Assembly: GCA_036172245.1 (NCBI GenBank)
Contig: JAYWIR010000017.1
Span: 2,418,001-2,482,000, forward strand
Direction: 5' to 3'
Origin: Raillietiella orientalis
Lineage: Eukaryota
Length of the DNA stretch: 64,000 bases
The notes under the pieces were generated by a model, which was not told where the DNA came from, made no database searches, and saw only the letters and a list, made by a program, of their open reading frames with translations. The translations under genes were made by a program, and so were the position numbers. This document shows, piece by piece, positions 59,901 to 64,000 of this stretch; the stretch's first letter is position 1; each line of letters begins with the position of its first letter.

Positions 59901-62759
59901 CTGCGTTCCATAGTACTGAATTCAGTTTGTTCTTTTCAACGCTTTTTTTAAAAAAAAGAAAAAGAGGAGAAAAAAAAATAACTCTACGGGAAATCTTCTC
60001 AGCATGAAATTTCTTTTTAAGCTGTTTTTTTTTATTTAGGAGTATATTTAGGAGTATGCTTTTATGTTTCGTAATTTGGGCCTGTGACCGCTGAGCAATT
60101 TTGTTCGAGGAATCATGCAGGCAGTTATTCGTGATATTTATGTGCGGGGAATCTTCGATCGCCCGTGCTTCAGAATCATGTCTGTCTCGTTCAGCATCTT
60201 CCTTCTTAGCCCGTGCAACGAGGAACCGGAAGATCCTTGGTTGTAAGAATCGTGTCCTAAGGATCTCTTCTTTCCCTCATAAACTGTCACTCAGTTGGAT
60301 GACGAGAAATTCGGGCCACACGGAGCTGACTCTGAGAGCTGGCGCGATCTGATAACCTATATTTTTGCAAACACATCACTTTTCAAGTGTGTTCCATATA
60401 ATGGAAATGATTCACCACATGACTAAACCCAATAAACATTAGCTTTATGTATATTTTTAGGGATCAGTCCGGCATGTTTTTTTTTTTTTGTTTTTTACCC
60501 CTGAAGGCACGCACCCTCGTTCTCCCAAGAGATAATGTCAGGAAAAAAAAATTGGTAACCTCATGTGGACTGGTCGAATCCGAAGTCTGATCATCGGAAA
60601 ACGAGTGTGGAGAAGTGGAAGAACCCACACTCGTTTTGCAATGATCGAAGAGGGTGGAAGTGAAGATCAATGAAGCCTCGAATATAGGATTTAAGTAAGT
60701 GGATGGTGCAAGTCTTTCCTTCGCTTCATGCATTCGACACAACTGAGATCTCCTCTCAGGATGCAAGCTGGCCTTCCTTGTATTCCGTCTCACAGGAGCC
60801 ATTTCCTCTTTTCCCTGGAAATGTTATTGGTCTCTCGAGGAAGCACGCATCGGAAAATGCTATGGACCTTTGTTCTTTGATTTTTATGCTTATGGTAAAA
60901 ATTAGAACGTGAATGGTTTTCAAAAGAAATCCTTCCCAGCATCCTGAATTCATTGCAGAATCGGTTACTCTAAACCGGTAGTCTTAGCGCAGCATCGTTT
61001 TACTTATGGAATTCCTCGTTTGTGATGAGAATACGCAACAGGATTTTCCCTCAAGGAAGGATCATCACTTTTAATAATTAAGAGATTTGTTAGTTTTTTT
61101 TTTTTTTTTTTCTCTGACCAGGGATTCTTCAAGGCATAAAGATGTCAATGATCCGAGCCATGACTTTCATGAGGCCCATTATTAGAAATTTAGCAAAAAA
61201 ACCGCTCGGAAATTGCTTGGATTACTTAAGAACACACACGTAAGGATGTCGTACTTTCTTGGAAGCACCAAATCTTTTGGAATGTAGCGATTGTCTTTTG
61301 TGATTCAAATTTTTATTATGCGACACACTGATTCTTCGAAAGGAACGTTCGGAAAGCTTTTCTGAGCACTGCCATTTCAAAAGCACAAAGGAGCGACACT
61401 CTGCAAGAATCATTACTACTTCAAATGACAACGACTTGGAATGAAAGAAGAGCGTAGTAATTTAAGGATCCTTTTCTTGTCTATCCGCGGTGGAACGCCA
61501 TAAATACCCGATGTTTAGATCATTCATGTCCTTCTATATTAAAATTATTAGCTTAGTGGCGTTTCAGGTCCTGCAGCAAGGGATGACATCGAATCTCTGG
61601 CTTTCCGAAGATGGGGGAGCCTCGCTGAGACGTGCGCGCAGGTAAGGAGGATGCCGCATCCGATCTTTCCCTGCAGGGAGAGAAGTCGCTGCTAAGGATC
61701 TGATGGAATCCGTCTAATGACGGTACTGATTCTCGATAAAACGAGGGATAGCGAAGGCGATGCGAATTTTTTTTTTTTTTTTATTCACAAAAATATTTCA
61801 AGCACCGTGGCGACGTCACGCCAAAATTACGTGCGTCCAGCAAAGATTTATACAGTCACGATCAAAGATCGATGATTTCCGTAAACTGGCAGACTTTTCG
61901 TGAAAAAATAATAATAATAATAATTCATGGGAAATTGGATGCTGAGAAGGAATTCACTCTATCAACCGGTTTCACCGTACCGTATTATAATTTACTCTTT
62001 CAGAAGCGTCGAAAATTTATTATTCACAAACCAGATCCACTGCTGCAGGACCGCGTGATGATGCAGAGAGATCCTGCGGAAGAGATGCAACGGATACTTG
62101 GTGGGGAAACATTTAGTAAGATAATTTAATGTAACCCGTAGAAGACTCGAACGCCCCAGCTAAACTTCTATAATTCAGGAAGGTCAAAGAGACTGCATGA
62201 GAAATCTCAGCGTTGGACTCGTGCACGCGGTACATTCGCGGATGTTGACAGGTCAGAGCGTGTCTCAGAGTGCTGCATGTGTGATTTTAAAATACGGATT
62301 CCCTTGTCACAACAAAACGCATTGTTTTTGTTTTTATTTTTTGCTCGCTTTGCAGCCATTTCACGATGGATGTCACTGTGACATGTTCACGTGTGTATAC
62401 CCATTTGTGATAAGCAAATAAGAATAGCGAATTAAAAGTAGATAAATTACTCGGTGGATGAGGAGGGAGTTTTTTTGCAAGCAGGTGAAACGTGGCCTTC
62501 TCAAGAAGTTCCCATGCTACTAAGACGGCTCGCACTACGAACGTTACTTTCCATCAGTGGAAGGGAAATTTTACACATGATAGAGGGAGAGGATGCTCAA
62601 ACGTTTGAGTAAAGGATGACCAGTGTTGAGCTAGGTGTATCTCTTTCACGTGTGAAGAAGTTTTTTTTTTTTTTTTTTGCAATCTTCTATCAGGACGGCT
62701 CAAGAAACGGGTTACTACAAGCAACAAGCGCATAGAAAACGTATTTTTTTATAAGTAGT

Positions 62760-64000
62760 TTGGATGTCGACGAGCATGATGAGCAAGATGGAAGCTGGAG
62801 GACGGTTGCCTCAGAAGAATTGTCTGCTAGTCTCATTTCTATTTCAACTGCGCTGATTTTTCATCTTGCCTTCAACAGGCGATCTATGGGATTCTCGTGC
62901 AGTAGCCAACGGTCATCCACTCCGTTTGTCGACAAGAAGCATGGAAATGTGCCAACGGGAGAGCTCATCTTTCCACGATGACGTTTATTGCAGCGAAGAT
63001 CACAAAGTCCACTGCAAACGAAGGATACGGAGACAAGCTCCTGCTGTGGAGGCCGCAGGGACCAAAAGATGAGGAGATTCCAAGCTCTCAATGTCGGGCT
63101 AAGACTCGAATGAAGGAGATCCTCGCCTCCTGATCATCACCGGTGCACGTTGCAGGCAGGAGGTAACAACACAATGGTTGGCGTGAAGAGCATCCACCAG
63201 TTTGAGGGCTTTGGAAATTTGATTGTACGCGTCCGATAGGTGTGCTAGGCCCTACTGATCTTACGGAAAGCAAGCAGCTCAAGAGAAATTTCCCCCTTCC
63301 AGCCAGAAGCAACGGGGAAAGTTTCTTTGTTCGTAGACGACAACAGAGAGCTGGAATCTGCTACCAGCGACCGGGACAACCGGGAATGCGCTGGAATACT
63401 TTCAGGGACGGAAACGAAAATCCACCGAGAGATCAAGAAGTCTGAACAGCCGGAATTGCCGGAACAGCCAAGAACAAATGCAATCAGGCATGCACCATGC
63501 AGGAACCTGCATGGTGCATGCCTGAATCCCCCTTCAAAGCCTAGGGAACATGGAAACTGCTCCTGAATTCTCTTGCCCTCTTTGGCACCTCAGCTGATGC
63601 ACGAGTGCATCGAATGCAACACGTCATCGGGAAGAGGAGAGTTCCAGTGAAGCTCCCGAGACTTGCTCGGCCACCCTCGAGAGAAAACGCCCCACTCGGG
63701 ACCGGGAACAGAACGTCGGAAGGGGCTCGCAATGGAATGTGGGATTTCCTCGACGTTATGGGTTCCAATGAAGACGTTTTAATGATCTAAGCGTGCCCCC
63801 ACCTAGCTGGGAGGAAAGCGCAATTCCCTGCGGTAGTGGTGGTCCGAAAGAACGGAAGCGTCGCTGCTTCACGTTAGAAAAAAGGGAGAAAATGGTAGAG
63901 GAAAGTCGAAAGGCGCTACCGTTGATGTACTGTGTGTTCCATGCAGAGACGATTCCGAGATGCAAAAATGAAGGCATCCGCTCGGGAAACCATAAAGAAA
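62760..64000 (+). mobile_element. Decayed L1/Tx1-like ORF2 (APE end and linker), running off the window end
   Basis: YFNC (cf. GDFNC), PDHHR (cf. SDH.PV), MRWNTFRDGNEN (cf. R..W...GE), KLPRL. Confidence 0.4.
63484..63525. repeat. Perfect palindrome with 20-bp arms and a 2-nt spacer
   Basis: TCAGGCATGCACCATGCAGG-AA-CCTGCATGGTGCATGCCTGA. Confidence 0.95.

Noticed and set aside
1..64000. CRISPR array, rRNA/tRNA genes, prokaryotic operons or a novel multi-gene system
   Set aside because: No regularly spaced repeat-spacer array, no recognisable structural RNA, and only one intact protein-coding gene. The scattered poly(A)/poly(T) runs are typical of eukaryotic repeat-rich DNA.

Overview
Eukaryotic, very probably arthropod, genomic DNA. 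Only one intact host gene is convincing: a single-exon bHLH gene of the delilah/taxi type on the minus strand (29471-30157). It sits in a GC/CpG-rich island with two (CT)n/(GA)n tracts upstream. Most of the remaining window is a graveyard of frameshifted non-LTR retrotransposon fragments of the L1/Tx1 type, in both orientations. These show remnants of ORF1, APE endonuclease, RT and the C-terminal zinc-binding domain. There are also fossils of hAT-like and piggyBac-like transposases and one Tc1/mariner-pogo-type MITE. The notable structural features are: a ~385-bp, ~98% identical inverted repeat about 3 kb upstream of the bHLH gene; an antisense Tx1-in-Tx1 nested insertion with a 12-bp duplication; conserved 3'-end structures in those two LINE copies; a perfect 42-bp palindrome; and a possible decayed secreted-protein (peroxidase-like) gene just downstream of the bHLH gene. 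I found no CRISPR array, no rRNA or tRNA, and no clear evidence of a novel multi-gene system. All motif matches were made by eye from remembered family consensus motifs, not from database searches, and TE boundaries are approximate.
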